64,000 nucleotides of DNA from a virus (lineage: Duplodnaviria; Caudoviricetes). The position numbers and the translations under genes are program-made. The DNA lies in the IMG/VR virus record IMGVR_UViG_3300002835_000006, one strand, 5' to 3'. A model generated the notes under the pieces. The model saw only the letters and a program-made list of their open reading frames with translations, did not search any database and was not told where the DNA came from. Below, in pieces: positions 43,984 to 52,752 of this stretch (positions are counted from its first letter, which is position 1; every line of letters starts with the position of its first letter).

Positions 43984-45726
43984 ATGCAAGAAAATAAAAA
44001 TTTAGTAGAAGAGGCGCTCATTCAAATGAAAAATGTTGAAGAGGCTATCGCCGAGAATGCAAAAGGAATACTTGCTTCAACTATGAAGGAAGAAATCAAC
44101 CAATTAGTAAAAGAATCTCTTTCTGAACAAGATGAGATTGAAGACGACGAAGTTGAAATGTCTACAGACGTGGATGACACAGAAATGGACATGGATACTG
44201 ATAAAATGGATGATTTTTCAGACGAAATTGAAATCGACTTTGAAAATGAACCCGAAACTCAAGATTTAACCGGTTTACCCAACGACGAACTTTTCAAAAT
44301 CTTCAAACGTATGAATCCTGAGGATTCAATCACCGTAGTAAAAGATGGTAATAATTTACACATCACTGATGATGATTCTGATGTTGAGTATTTAGTCAAC
44401 ATGGGTGAGTCTAAAAACAAAAGACAAACTATGAAAGAAGAAATGGAAGAAGCAACAATCGATGACATTATGGCGACTTTATTCGATGAACCAGGAACTG
44501 AAATGGAAGTTGACGTAGATTCTATGGAAGATGATACTGAAACTGAAATGGACGTTGACGTCGATTCTGACGAAATGGAAATGGAAGATGAAGTCATGTA
44601 TGAAATCGAACTAGGAGAAGATGACGATGAAGCTGATGATGAAGCTGATGATGAAGCTGATGATGAGGCCGATGAAATGGCTGAGTCGGATGATTTAGAA
44701 GAAGCTGATGATTTAGAAGAGTCAGATGACCTAGAAGAATCAGACGATTTGGAAGAAGCTGATGATTTAGAAGAATCAGACGATTTAGAAGAAGCTGATG
44801 ATTTAGAAGAATCAGACGATTTAGAAGAATCTGATGATTTAGAAGAGGGTAATTGGGAAGAGTCTATTGAGGAGTCTTACAATCACAAGAAAGCGATAAA
44901 ACCTAAAGGTGTTGGAATTGGTAAAGGTCCAAAGTTCTCATACAAGACAACTGCAAAAGGTGGTTTCAAAGAGGACAAAAAAGAAGGTCCTAAAACTATG
45001 GGAACTGGTAAGGCTAAATTCGAATACAAGAAAGGTGCTAATATGGAAGGTAAATCCAAGAAAGTTGAAACCAAAGAAGGTCGTCAGGGATACAAAGATA
45101 AAGAAGATGAAAAATTGGGAATGAAGCATGGTAAAACAGCTATGAAGCATCTCAAAGGTTCACATTCTAAAAAAGAAAAGTCTCGTAGAGATGACGCGGG
45201 TTTCGAAAAAAGAGAAACTAAAGAAGCGGCAAGAACTTACGGTATGGGTTCTAAAGAAGGTAGAGGTCTAAGAAAAGGCATCACCAACAATAGAAACTTT
45301 GTGTATGGTTCTAATGGTGTGAAAGTAGAATCTCTTGAAGCAGAAGTTAGTATGTTGAGAGAAAAAAATGATGAGTATAGAAAAGCATTAAATGTGTTTA
45401 GAGAAAAATTGAACGAAGTTGCAATCTTCAATTCAAATCTTGCATACGCAACTAGACTTTTCACTGAACACTCAACAACTAAAAAAGAAAAAATAAACAT
45501 CCTCAGAAGATTTGACGGAGTTGAAACTTTGAAAGAATCTAAAAATCTTTATAAAGCAATCAAAGACGAATTATCAACTGAAGAAACTAAACCAATAACT
45601 GAAGCTGTTGAAACAAAATTAAATAAGAATGTTTCTTCAGGTTCAGCAGTGAATCTTATAGAGTCAAAAACCTACGAAAATCCTCAATTCTTGAGAATGA
45701 AAGATTTGATGAGTAAGATAAACTAA
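43984..45726 (+). CDS. prohead scaffolding protein (gp22-like)
   Basis: Very acidic, C-terminal coiled coil, directly upstream of the MCP gene; TATTTATA at 43953. Confidence 0.75.
   Translation: MQENKNLVEEALIQMKNVEEAIAENAKGILASTMKEEINQLVKESLSEQDEIEDDEVEMSTDVDDTEMDMDTDKMDDFSDEIEIDFENEPETQDLTGLPNDELFKIFKRMNPEDSITVVKDGNNLHITDDDSDVEYLVNMGESKNKRQTMKEEMEEATIDDIMATLFDEPGTEMEVDVDSMEDDTETEMDVDVDSDEMEMEDEVMYEIELGEDDDEADDEADDEADDEADEMAESDDLEEADDLEESDDLEESDDLEEADDLEESDDLEEADDLEESDDLEESDDLEEGNWEESIEESYNHKKAIKPKGVGIGKGPKFSYKTTAKGGFKEDKKEGPKTMGTGKAKFEYKKGANMEGKSKKVETKEGRQGYKDKEDEKLGMKHGKTAMKHLKGSHSKKEKSRRDDAGFEKRETKEAARTYGMGSKEGRGLRKGITNNRNFVYGSNGVKVESLEAEVSMLREKNDEYRKALNVFREKLNEVAIFNSNLAYATRLFTEHSTTKKEKINILRRFDGVETLKESKNLYKAIKDELSTEETKPITEAVETKLNKNVSSGSAVNLIESKTYENPQFLRMKDLMSKIN
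44683..44844 (+). repeat. 18-bp coding tandem repeat, 9 copies of E(S/A)DDLE
   Basis: gaa(gct/tca)ga(t/c)gatttagaa units; preceded by 12-bp ADDE repeats. Confidence 0.9.
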
Positions 45727-45757
45727 AAATAAATCAAAAAAATAAAATAATACTACA

Positions 45758-47599
45758 ATGGGAGCATTATTAGAATCAGGTCTTGTTGGTAACATCGGGT
45801 TAAAACACCTTAAAGTTATCAAAGAAGACACAATCGGAAAATGGGACAAATTAGGATTCTTAGAGGGTCTTAAAGGTCACATGAGAGAAAATATCGCGCA
45901 GCTTTATGAAAACCAAGCTAGCTATTTGATAAACGAAGCTTCAACGACATCTGACACAGGTGCGTTTGAAACTGTGGTTTTCCCTATCGTTAGAAGAGTA
46001 TTCTCTAAATTGTTAGCTAACGATATCGTATCTGTACAGGCTATGAACTTACCAATCGGTAAATTGTTCTATTTTGTACCTAACATTCAGAGCTATAGTG
46101 ATACTCCATCACTTCCAGGTCTTTCAGAGCACTACGCACCTTATGGAGCACCAGATGGTCCTGATTCACCAAATAAAGGTTATAACTATAACGATGGAAG
46201 AGACCTTTATGATAGATTTTATGAAGGTAACGAACCAGCATTAGACCCACCAGGTTTATTTGACTACTCAAAAGGTTCATTCTCAACAATTACATCGGCA
46301 GTTACATCAGTTGTTACAGCAGCTTGGGATAATACTACGTTGAATTTAGTACCAAGCAATTACAACACAACTACTCCGATTGTAGGTAACTCAGCAAGTA
46401 ACTTCAGAAAAGTTCTTGTAATCATGAGTGGATTCGCACAAGCAGCTGCTGGTAAATTGATTGGTCCTGATGGTAACCCAATTGACACAGAAGCATTCTT
46501 GTCTGATTTGACAATTTATGGTGTTTCTAGCAACACAACTACTGCGGGTGGTGGTCCTTATCTTTTCAGAGTAGTAACTCAAAGATATGGTAAGGGTATC
46601 GTAGAATACGGTGACAACAATGCTCGGTTAGACTTCCCGAATTCTTTAACTGATGGTGGTCAGTATGATAACATTTGTGATGTGAATGGCAACATTTACT
46701 TGGAAATCGACCTTCAAGTTCCAACATGTATTACTTGTGGACCATCTATGGACGGTTATACAGGTTCAACATTCTCATCTAACACTGATTCGAACAACGC
46801 ATTTACAGCAACTTATAGACTCTATAAGAACTTAGAATTCGAAGATAAGATTGGTGAGGTTTCATTCGACCTTATGTCAGTGACAGTTTCTGTAACTGAA
46901 AGAAAATTGAGAGCTCAATGGTCACCTGAAATGGCACAAGACGTCGCGGCATTCCACAACATTGACGCTGAAGCTGAATTGACAGCTTTATTGTCAGAGC
47001 AAGTTGCTGCTGAAATCGACAGAGAAATCTTGAGAGACCTCAGAAAAGGTGCGGCTTGGAACTTGAGATGGGATTACAACGGATGGAAGAGATTAGGTAA
47101 CGGTACTGGTGCTGTTTCTTATACTCAAAAAGACTGGAATCAAACTTTGATTACTGCAATCAACCAATTGTCGGCACAAATTCACAAATCTACTTTGAGA
47201 GGTGGTGCTAACTGGATTGTTGTGTCATCTGAGGTTTCTGCAATTTTTGATGATTTGGAATATTTCCACGTATCAAACGCGGCTCCTGAGCAGGACCAAT
47301 ATAACATGGGTATTGAAAGAGTAGGTACTCTCGCTGGTAGATATCAAGTTTACAGAGACCCTTACTTCCCACCAAACCAAGTGTTGATTGGACACAAAGG
47401 AACATCGCTTCTTGACACAGGTTACATCTACGCACCATATGTACCATTACAACTTACTCCAACAATGTATAATCCATTCAACTTCACACCAATCAAAGGT
47501 ATCATGACTAGATATGCTAAGAAAATGGTGAACAACAGATTCTATGGTAGAATCACAGTTGATGGTGTTAGAACATTCGATTTGAAAGAGTTGAGATAA
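45758..47599 (+). CDS. gp23: major capsid protein (T4 gp23-like)
   Basis: FPIVRRVF..L.ANDIVSVQAM..P.G; TERKLRAQWSPEMAQD..AFH.IDAEAEL; YAPYVPL; GIMTRYA. Confidence 0.97.
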   Translation: MGALLESGLVGNIGLKHLKVIKEDTIGKWDKLGFLEGLKGHMRENIAQLYENQASYLINEASTTSDTGAFETVVFPIVRRVFSKLLANDIVSVQAMNLPIGKLFYFVPNIQSYSDTPSLPGLSEHYAPYGAPDGPDSPNKGYNYNDGRDLYDRFYEGNEPALDPPGLFDYSKGSFSTITSAVTSVVTAAWDNTTLNLVPSNYNTTTPIVGNSASNFRKVLVIMSGFAQAAAGKLIGPDGNPIDTEAFLSDLTIYGVSSNTTTAGGGPYLFRVVTQRYGKGIVEYGDNNARLDFPNSLTDGGQYDNICDVNGNIYLEIDLQVPTCITCGPSMDGYTGSTFSSNTDSNNAFTATYRLYKNLEFEDKIGEVSFDLMSVTVSVTERKLRAQWSPEMAQDVAAFHNIDAEAELTALLSEQVAAEIDREILRDLRKGAAWNLRWDYNGWKRLGNGTGAVSYTQKDWNQTLITAINQLSAQIHKSTLRGGANWIVVSSEVSAIFDDLEYFHVSNAAPEQDQYNMGIERVGTLAGRYQVYRDPYFPPNQVLIGHKGTSLLDTGYIYAPYVPLQLTPTMYNPFNFTPIKGIMTRYAKKMVNNRFYGRITVDGVRTFDLKELR

Positions 47600-47619
47600 T
47601 ATGGTCTAACCAAAAATAT

Positions 47620-47646
47620 AAAAGGGTCCCTCGGGACCCTTTTTTT
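47620..47646. terminator. intrinsic terminator after MCP
   Basis: aaagggtccc-tc-gggaccctttttt. Confidence 0.75.
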
Positions 47647-47878
47647 ATTCTATTATTTTTTTTGAAATTTCAGAGTTTAAAACCGCTAAAGATTTAGATA
47701 TTAGTTCAGTTTCAATCATTGTGAAAGCACCTTTTTCATATGCGTATTCCAAGGATTTAGTGATAAAAATAATTGATTGTTCCAATGTTAAATCGTCTAT
47801 TAAATTTCTTAAATCTATAGGAGAATTGTATCCGATAGATTGAAACAAGTATCCAATTGGTTGATTATTAGTTTCCAT
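47645..47878 (-). CDS. hypothetical protein
   Basis: 77-aa ORF. Confidence 0.65.
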   Translation of the reverse strand: METNNQPIGYLFQSIGYNSPIDLRNLIDDLTLEQSIIFITKSLEYAYEKGAFTMIETELISKSLAVLNSEISKKIIE

Positions 47879-47918
47879 ATTTAAATTTTGAGATATTTAT
47901 AAATAATAATCGATTGGA

Positions 47919-48617
47919 ATGAGAAAAACAATAAAAGAGGCTACAACATCAGCTAGCTCGGGTAAATTCAAAGTACCTGTAGTGTTAGCACCTCAAATTT
48001 GGAAAGACAATCAATTGGGCCCCTTCACGGATAAAGTTTATCATTATGATAATGCAGAATTGGCTTATGAAGAAGCGGATGGTGATTATTTAGAGTCACC
48101 TGAAGAAAGAGAAGAAATCGAAAATAAAACTGATAAAATTTCTCAGGTGGACATGTATCTCAAACAATTTTACACAGGACAAAATGATGAAGAGGGGTCT
48201 GCTTTGAACCCCACAATGTCTGGTTTACCTCCTGAGGTGGCTGATTTGGTGAATCAAACTTTGGAGGAACAACTAATCAAAGAAGATTTAGCCGTGTGGT
48301 TCGGAACGAAAAAAAAACCCAAAGGAAGTAAACAACCTAAAGGTCCATGGGTGAATATATGTAGAAAGGAAAATGGTAAACATCCCCCTTGTGGTAGAAA
48401 AAATGCATCATCTAAGGCATATCCGAAATGTAGAGCCGTTCATGTTGCTTCAAAAATGAGTGATTCCCAAAAAAGAGCTGCCTGTCAGAAAAAGAGGAAT
48501 GCTGAAAAAAAGGAGCCTAAAGTTGGTAAAGGTAATAAACCGACGATGTCTTCATATATGCCAAGAAAGGAATCTTTGGAAAGATTGATTAGGAGAATAA
48601 TTAAAGAGAATTATTAG
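47919..48617 (+). CDS. hypothetical late protein with basic Cys-containing C-terminal module
   Basis: GPWVNICRK...PCGRK...YPKCR; TATTTATA at 47894. Confidence 0.7.
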   Translation: MRKTIKEATTSASSGKFKVPVVLAPQIWKDNQLGPFTDKVYHYDNAELAYEEADGDYLESPEEREEIENKTDKISQVDMYLKQFYTGQNDEEGSALNPTMSGLPPEVADLVNQTLEEQLIKEDLAVWFGTKKKPKGSKQPKGPWVNICRKENGKHPPCGRKNASSKAYPKCRAVHVASKMSDSQKRAACQKKRNAEKKEPKVGKGNKPTMSSYMPRKESLERLIRRIIKENY

Positions 48618-49023
48618 TCACCCTTTTAAGAATATCCTCTAAGGAATGTTGAATATTACTTCTCATTTCTTTTTCGAGAACTTCTCTTCTGTTTTCTAAT
48701 TCCGAGTCGAATAGTTCTATGAGTTCAGAATATAAATCTGAATTTTCAATGTATACGCTGTAACTATATACGTGATTGATAAGAAATAAAGTTCTTTGAT
48801 GTATCACAATGAACATTCCAAAATTATCATTTTTGATAAACCTTTTCAATGAACGTGGAGCAAATGTCAATCGAGATTCAGATTCTTTTATTAAATTCTT
48901 ACAAATCTCAACGGAGGTTTGTTCCTCGTAAGTCACTTCGGGATGTGGGTCAAATTTTTCTTGAAGATAGAGATAAACCTTGTAGAGTAATTTTGGTACG
49001 TAACCGACAATTTTCTTTTCCAT
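48601..49023 (-). CDS. hypothetical protein
   Basis: Preceded by TATTTTTG -7 box. Confidence 0.7.
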   Translation of the reverse strand: MEKKIVGYVPKLLYKVYLYLQEKFDPHPEVTYEEQTSVEICKNLIKESESRLTFAPRSLKRFIKNDNFGMFIVIHQRTLFLINHVYSYSVYIENSDLYSELIELFDSELENRREVLEKEMRSNIQHSLEDILKRVTNNSL

Positions 49024-49050
49024 GAAACAAAAATATGGGAAAATTTTAAA

Positions 49051-49509
49051 TTAACAATAAGAACCTGAACAATGTTTTTTACCATCCAATCCTGGCATTG
49101 AACCTTTACAAACCTGAACCGCATATCCATTTGCGTATGCACTTGGATAGACTTTGAATTTGGCCTTTGCCGCTGCTTTACCTCTTGCACAAAGTTTTGT
49201 TCCTGTTTTCTTCTCCCCCTCACTCAAATTGTCCTCAGGGTAATTAGATGTTTTAGTTTCATTCATCATAAAATCAAAAACCTGGTCCATGTTTTCCTTC
49301 GCAACAGTAATGTGGTCATCGGCCCAATCGTGTCCTGCCATCAAAATTTCGTCAACAGTATTGGGGTCTAATTGTAATAATAAGTCGGCTTGCCTTCTAA
49401 TTTGTTCTAAATTACTAAAAAACATATAATTAGGTGACTGTTGTTCTTTCATCACTTTTTTCACCAACTTGGTGATATCTTTTTCTGTTATTTTAATTAT
49501 ACGTTTCAT
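49051..49509 (-). CDS. hypothetical late protein
   Basis: C-terminal LCARGKAAAKAKFKVYPSAYANGYAVQVCKG module. Confidence 0.7.
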   Translation of the reverse strand: MKRIIKITEKDITKLVKKVMKEQQSPNYMFFSNLEQIRRQADLLLQLDPNTVDEILMAGHDWADDHITVAKENMDQVFDFMMNETKTSNYPEDNLSEGEKKTGTKLCARGKAAAKAKFKVYPSAYANGYAVQVCKGSMPGLDGKKHCSGSYC

Positions 49510-51014
49510 TTTACATTTACTATATTAAAAGTTAATTGTTTCTTATAAGTATCCTTCTCACCTGAAGTGTTCACTTGGATATCAACATAATATTGATTTG
49601 GTATTTTGTCTCTCATATCAAATATGAAATAATACTCGTTGGGGGTTCTATTTATCGGAGTCCAATCTTGAACTTGGACTTCTGTGGTGCCCTCTTTTAC
49701 GTAAACCCTATAAAATGCTGAGATATTTTCTAACAGCACTTGCCCTGTGTATGCCTTTTTAATTGTCACCCCTACCTTTCTGATATCAGTATTTAAAATT
49801 TGTTCATTTTGGAGGATACCATAAAAATCAAATCCATATATTGAAGGTTCTTTTGATTGTGAACCTATTTGTATACCAGCACTGTATTGTTGAAGTATAA
49901 ACTGATTTGTAACATTTGGTAAAGGTTGTCCGTTTATAGTTAGACCGGACCAAACGTCAAAGTATTCACATGGAGTTGCTCCTGTGAATCCATCAGGAAT
50001 AATTACCTCATATACCCCTTTTGTTCTCAAACAAGTTGTTAGAGAACCCATACCACTTACAGCAACTCCAAGTCTATCTTCAATCCTAACGAACGGAAGC
50101 GTGTCTAAATTCGACAAATCTCCGTTTTGGTATACATAGAGATACAATTTATTTTGTTGGTTTTTTAGGAAGATATTTCTATCGTCCTTGATGTAATCGT
50201 CGTAGTTGGTAAGAAGATAAGGTTGGTAGAACGTTTGAGTATGTCTTGAGAAAAAGGCAACCGAATAACTGTCTGTCAAACCTGTTATATTTTCAACTTG
50301 TGGAAAATATGCAATACCCCATCCTGTAACACCTGTAATTGTTCCATCTAAAATTCCATTTATTTCAGATGTCATGTCCATGTTTATATCCTCATTACCG
50401 AACTCGAAATGTTGTTGGTCTATGATTGTTAGGGCTGAAAAATTTACAACACCCAAATTTTTGTTGTTATAAACTCCTGGCTCAGACCAATTGTCCACAG
50501 TCGAAGTTTGGTACCAATTTGAAGGTCTTGTAGAGAAAGCTCTTGGGTCAACGTATGTCAAAGGATTCGCACCACCTTGAGCACTATTTTGGTTGATATT
50601 GAAATCATTATAATCATATCCTACACCCTCGTCCCAAGGTTGTGTTGAACCTGTGTTTCCACTGAAAAGTGGGATTCTAAACAAAAATAAATCAAATGAA
50701 GTTGCTCTTCTTCTTTCGTTTGACATGAATGTATTCAATAATTCATTATCAAATGATGAGGTATTTGTCATTTTCAAAGTGTGAGTCAAACCACTTATAC
50801 CAGGCGTACAACCCGTAGATATTACTCCACTTTGTATATTTGAAATTAAAAGAGATAAATCTAAATCAAATAAAAATCTTGTAAATCCGTAGTTGGGTAT
50901 TACAAAATCAGAAGCACCAAAGTTCAATTCGATTACAGGATTTCTTCCTGTATTTACGTAAGAATTTGAAATAATGGTATTATTTTTATCAATATAGGAC
51001 CTTAAAATTGACAT
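49506..51014 (-). CDS. putative virion structural protein
   Basis: Beta-rich T/S/N/G composition; TATTTATA upstream at 51025-51032. Confidence 0.65.
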   Translation of the reverse strand: MSILRSYIDKNNTIISNSYVNTGRNPVIELNFGASDFVIPNYGFTRFLFDLDLSLLISNIQSGVISTGCTPGISGLTHTLKMTNTSSFDNELLNTFMSNERRRATSFDLFLFRIPLFSGNTGSTQPWDEGVGYDYNDFNINQNSAQGGANPLTYVDPRAFSTRPSNWYQTSTVDNWSEPGVYNNKNLGVVNFSALTIIDQQHFEFGNEDINMDMTSEINGILDGTITGVTGWGIAYFPQVENITGLTDSYSVAFFSRHTQTFYQPYLLTNYDDYIKDDRNIFLKNQQNKLYLYVYQNGDLSNLDTLPFVRIEDRLGVAVSGMGSLTTCLRTKGVYEVIIPDGFTGATPCEYFDVWSGLTINGQPLPNVTNQFILQQYSAGIQIGSQSKEPSIYGFDFYGILQNEQILNTDIRKVGVTIKKAYTGQVLLENISAFYRVYVKEGTTEVQVQDWTPINRTPNEYYFIFDMRDKIPNQYYVDIQVNTSGEKDTYKKQLTFNIVNVK

Positions 51015-51032
51015 TACTTTTCTTTATAAATA

Positions 51033-52547
51033 TCAATTCAATCGAATATTTGAGTTCAATATTTTTCTTCTTGCACTTTGCATCATTCGGTCCAAATCTT
51101 CTACTTGGATTCCTGATTGAGTTTTTGATACAGGTGCTAAACCAGGATATGCGTGGGTATGGGAAACTAAGAAGTTATAAATCAAGTTGATTAGTTCGAG
51201 TAATTCTTCACCTCGAACCATACTTGATGTATTGGATTGTATAGTTTCTGTGAATGCAGACTCGGCGATTCCGTAAACTGAATTTGCAAAATTTATTTTT
51301 TGTTTTCCTTCAATATCAGAGTCTTGCGATAATAGGTAAATTTTTTGACCACCCAAAGCTGCCAAAGTATTAGGTTGGTATTTAAAATTACTAGTTTTTA
51401 CTTCTTGAATTTGAACCTTGGAAGGTAATCCAACTGTATCTTTTTTCCAAATCAATCCATAACCACCCGGGTCTGCGGTATTCAGTTTTGTACCGTTGTA
51501 TACTATTTTCAGATTTCTTTTCGAATTTACATTTATGTTTGATATACCAGAAGATGGATTTATTATGTTATACATCTCAACGGTTGGTCGGAAAAAAATC
51601 GGAAATTTATTTGTTGACTCAGAAAATAATTGAGCTCCCGTTCTACTCACATTACTTTGATTACACGTTGATATATATGAATTTATAAACCCTATTGTGT
51701 CTATCATCGATAATTGAGTGAAATTTTCCGTATCAATTAAAAATTTATCGGCAACAGAAACCTCTGTGGTCACTGTAAAATTATCTGTATTGTATTTAAC
51801 TGATGGTTTCAGTGAGTATAGATATACAGAACCATTAAATCTATTTGCATTATTTTCAGGATTGTTGATAACCCATTCTATTAAATAATTTACTAACAAG
51901 GTAATAGGTGTGGTAGAAATAATTTTCTGAGTTTCTTCACCCGACTTTGTTCTGTCAAAATTAGAAAGTTGTAAGAAAGCTCGGTTCGGATTAGAAACCG
52001 CAACAGTATTTGATTGAGGTGGTTCTGAAAATTTACCCGCCCGTAAAATCAATTCATTCTTTTTTACAATCACATCCGCACTTCCTCTACCCAAAAGTGC
52101 ATTGTCAAGTGGTTCAGGATAAATTCCGGCCTCAGTCGGGTCATCCCAATTTCCGTCTTTTTTCTTGAGGTTCCTTGGGGGTTTAACTTGAAAACCTGTT
52201 CCTGTATTGTACGAACCTGAAGCATTGTACGTGAAGAAAGATGAGCTTGGAGAGAAAAAATTACTTTGTATGTAAAATTGATTTTGAAATTTAAAATCAA
52301 AATTCATAAACATAATCTGAATTAGTTCTCCAACCTCAGGTACTTGATACAAAAAATAGGGTATTAAAGGAGTAAAAATCAGTGGGTCTTTTTCAGTCCA
52401 AGCATCGGCAGAATTACTCCAATCCTCCACACTTTTCAGTGTATCAGGTAAATTTATAATATTGATTTTAGCCCTGATTCTACCAAGCATGAGTGGGTCC
52501 TTATTGTCTAAAACAGTTCCCTGATATAATATAGATTGACTAGACAT
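51033..52547 (-). CDS. baseplate hub/spike protein (gp5/VgrG-like)
   Basis: N-terminal OB-fold GTVLDNKDPLMLGRIRAK; C-terminal VRGEEL...HTH. Confidence 0.7.
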   Translation of the reverse strand: MSSQSILYQGTVLDNKDPLMLGRIRAKINIINLPDTLKSVEDWSNSADAWTEKDPLIFTPLIPYFLYQVPEVGELIQIMFMNFDFKFQNQFYIQSNFFSPSSSFFTYNASGSYNTGTGFQVKPPRNLKKKDGNWDDPTEAGIYPEPLDNALLGRGSADVIVKKNELILRAGKFSEPPQSNTVAVSNPNRAFLQLSNFDRTKSGEETQKIISTTPITLLVNYLIEWVINNPENNANRFNGSVYLYSLKPSVKYNTDNFTVTTEVSVADKFLIDTENFTQLSMIDTIGFINSYISTCNQSNVSRTGAQLFSESTNKFPIFFRPTVEMYNIINPSSGISNINVNSKRNLKIVYNGTKLNTADPGGYGLIWKKDTVGLPSKVQIQEVKTSNFKYQPNTLAALGGQKIYLLSQDSDIEGKQKINFANSVYGIAESAFTETIQSNTSSMVRGEELLELINLIYNFLVSHTHAYPGLAPVSKTQSGIQVEDLDRMMQSARRKILNSNIRLN

Positions 52548-52752
52548 TTCCTCTTGATTGGTATTCTTTTAGAAATTTATTGTACAAACCTTCAACTGAG
52601 TCTAACTGATATGTTAGTGTAAGGATTTCATTTTTTATTTTTTCAAATTCAATTGATAAACTATCTAAACGTTCAATCAAATTAGCATTAGACAGTTCCT
52701 TCAGACGTAAGGCGTCATTTGTAATATCTTCTTTAACTTGTTCCATAGTCAT
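52540..52752 (-). CDS. small coiled-coil protein
   Basis: ATGA-coupled start at 52752. Confidence 0.65.
   Translation of the reverse strand: MTMEQVKEDITNDALRLKELSNANLIERLDSLSIEFEKIKNEILTLTYQLDSVEGLYNKFLKEYQSRGNV

Noticed and set aside
44626-44844. Possible CRISPR array
   Set aside because: Repeats are directly tandem, in frame and have no unique spacers; no CRISPR array or cas gene is seen in the window.
36464-47599. Introns or inteins in terminase, portal or MCP
   Set aside because: The ORFs are continuous, of ordinary length, and lack intein or LAGLIDADG motifs.
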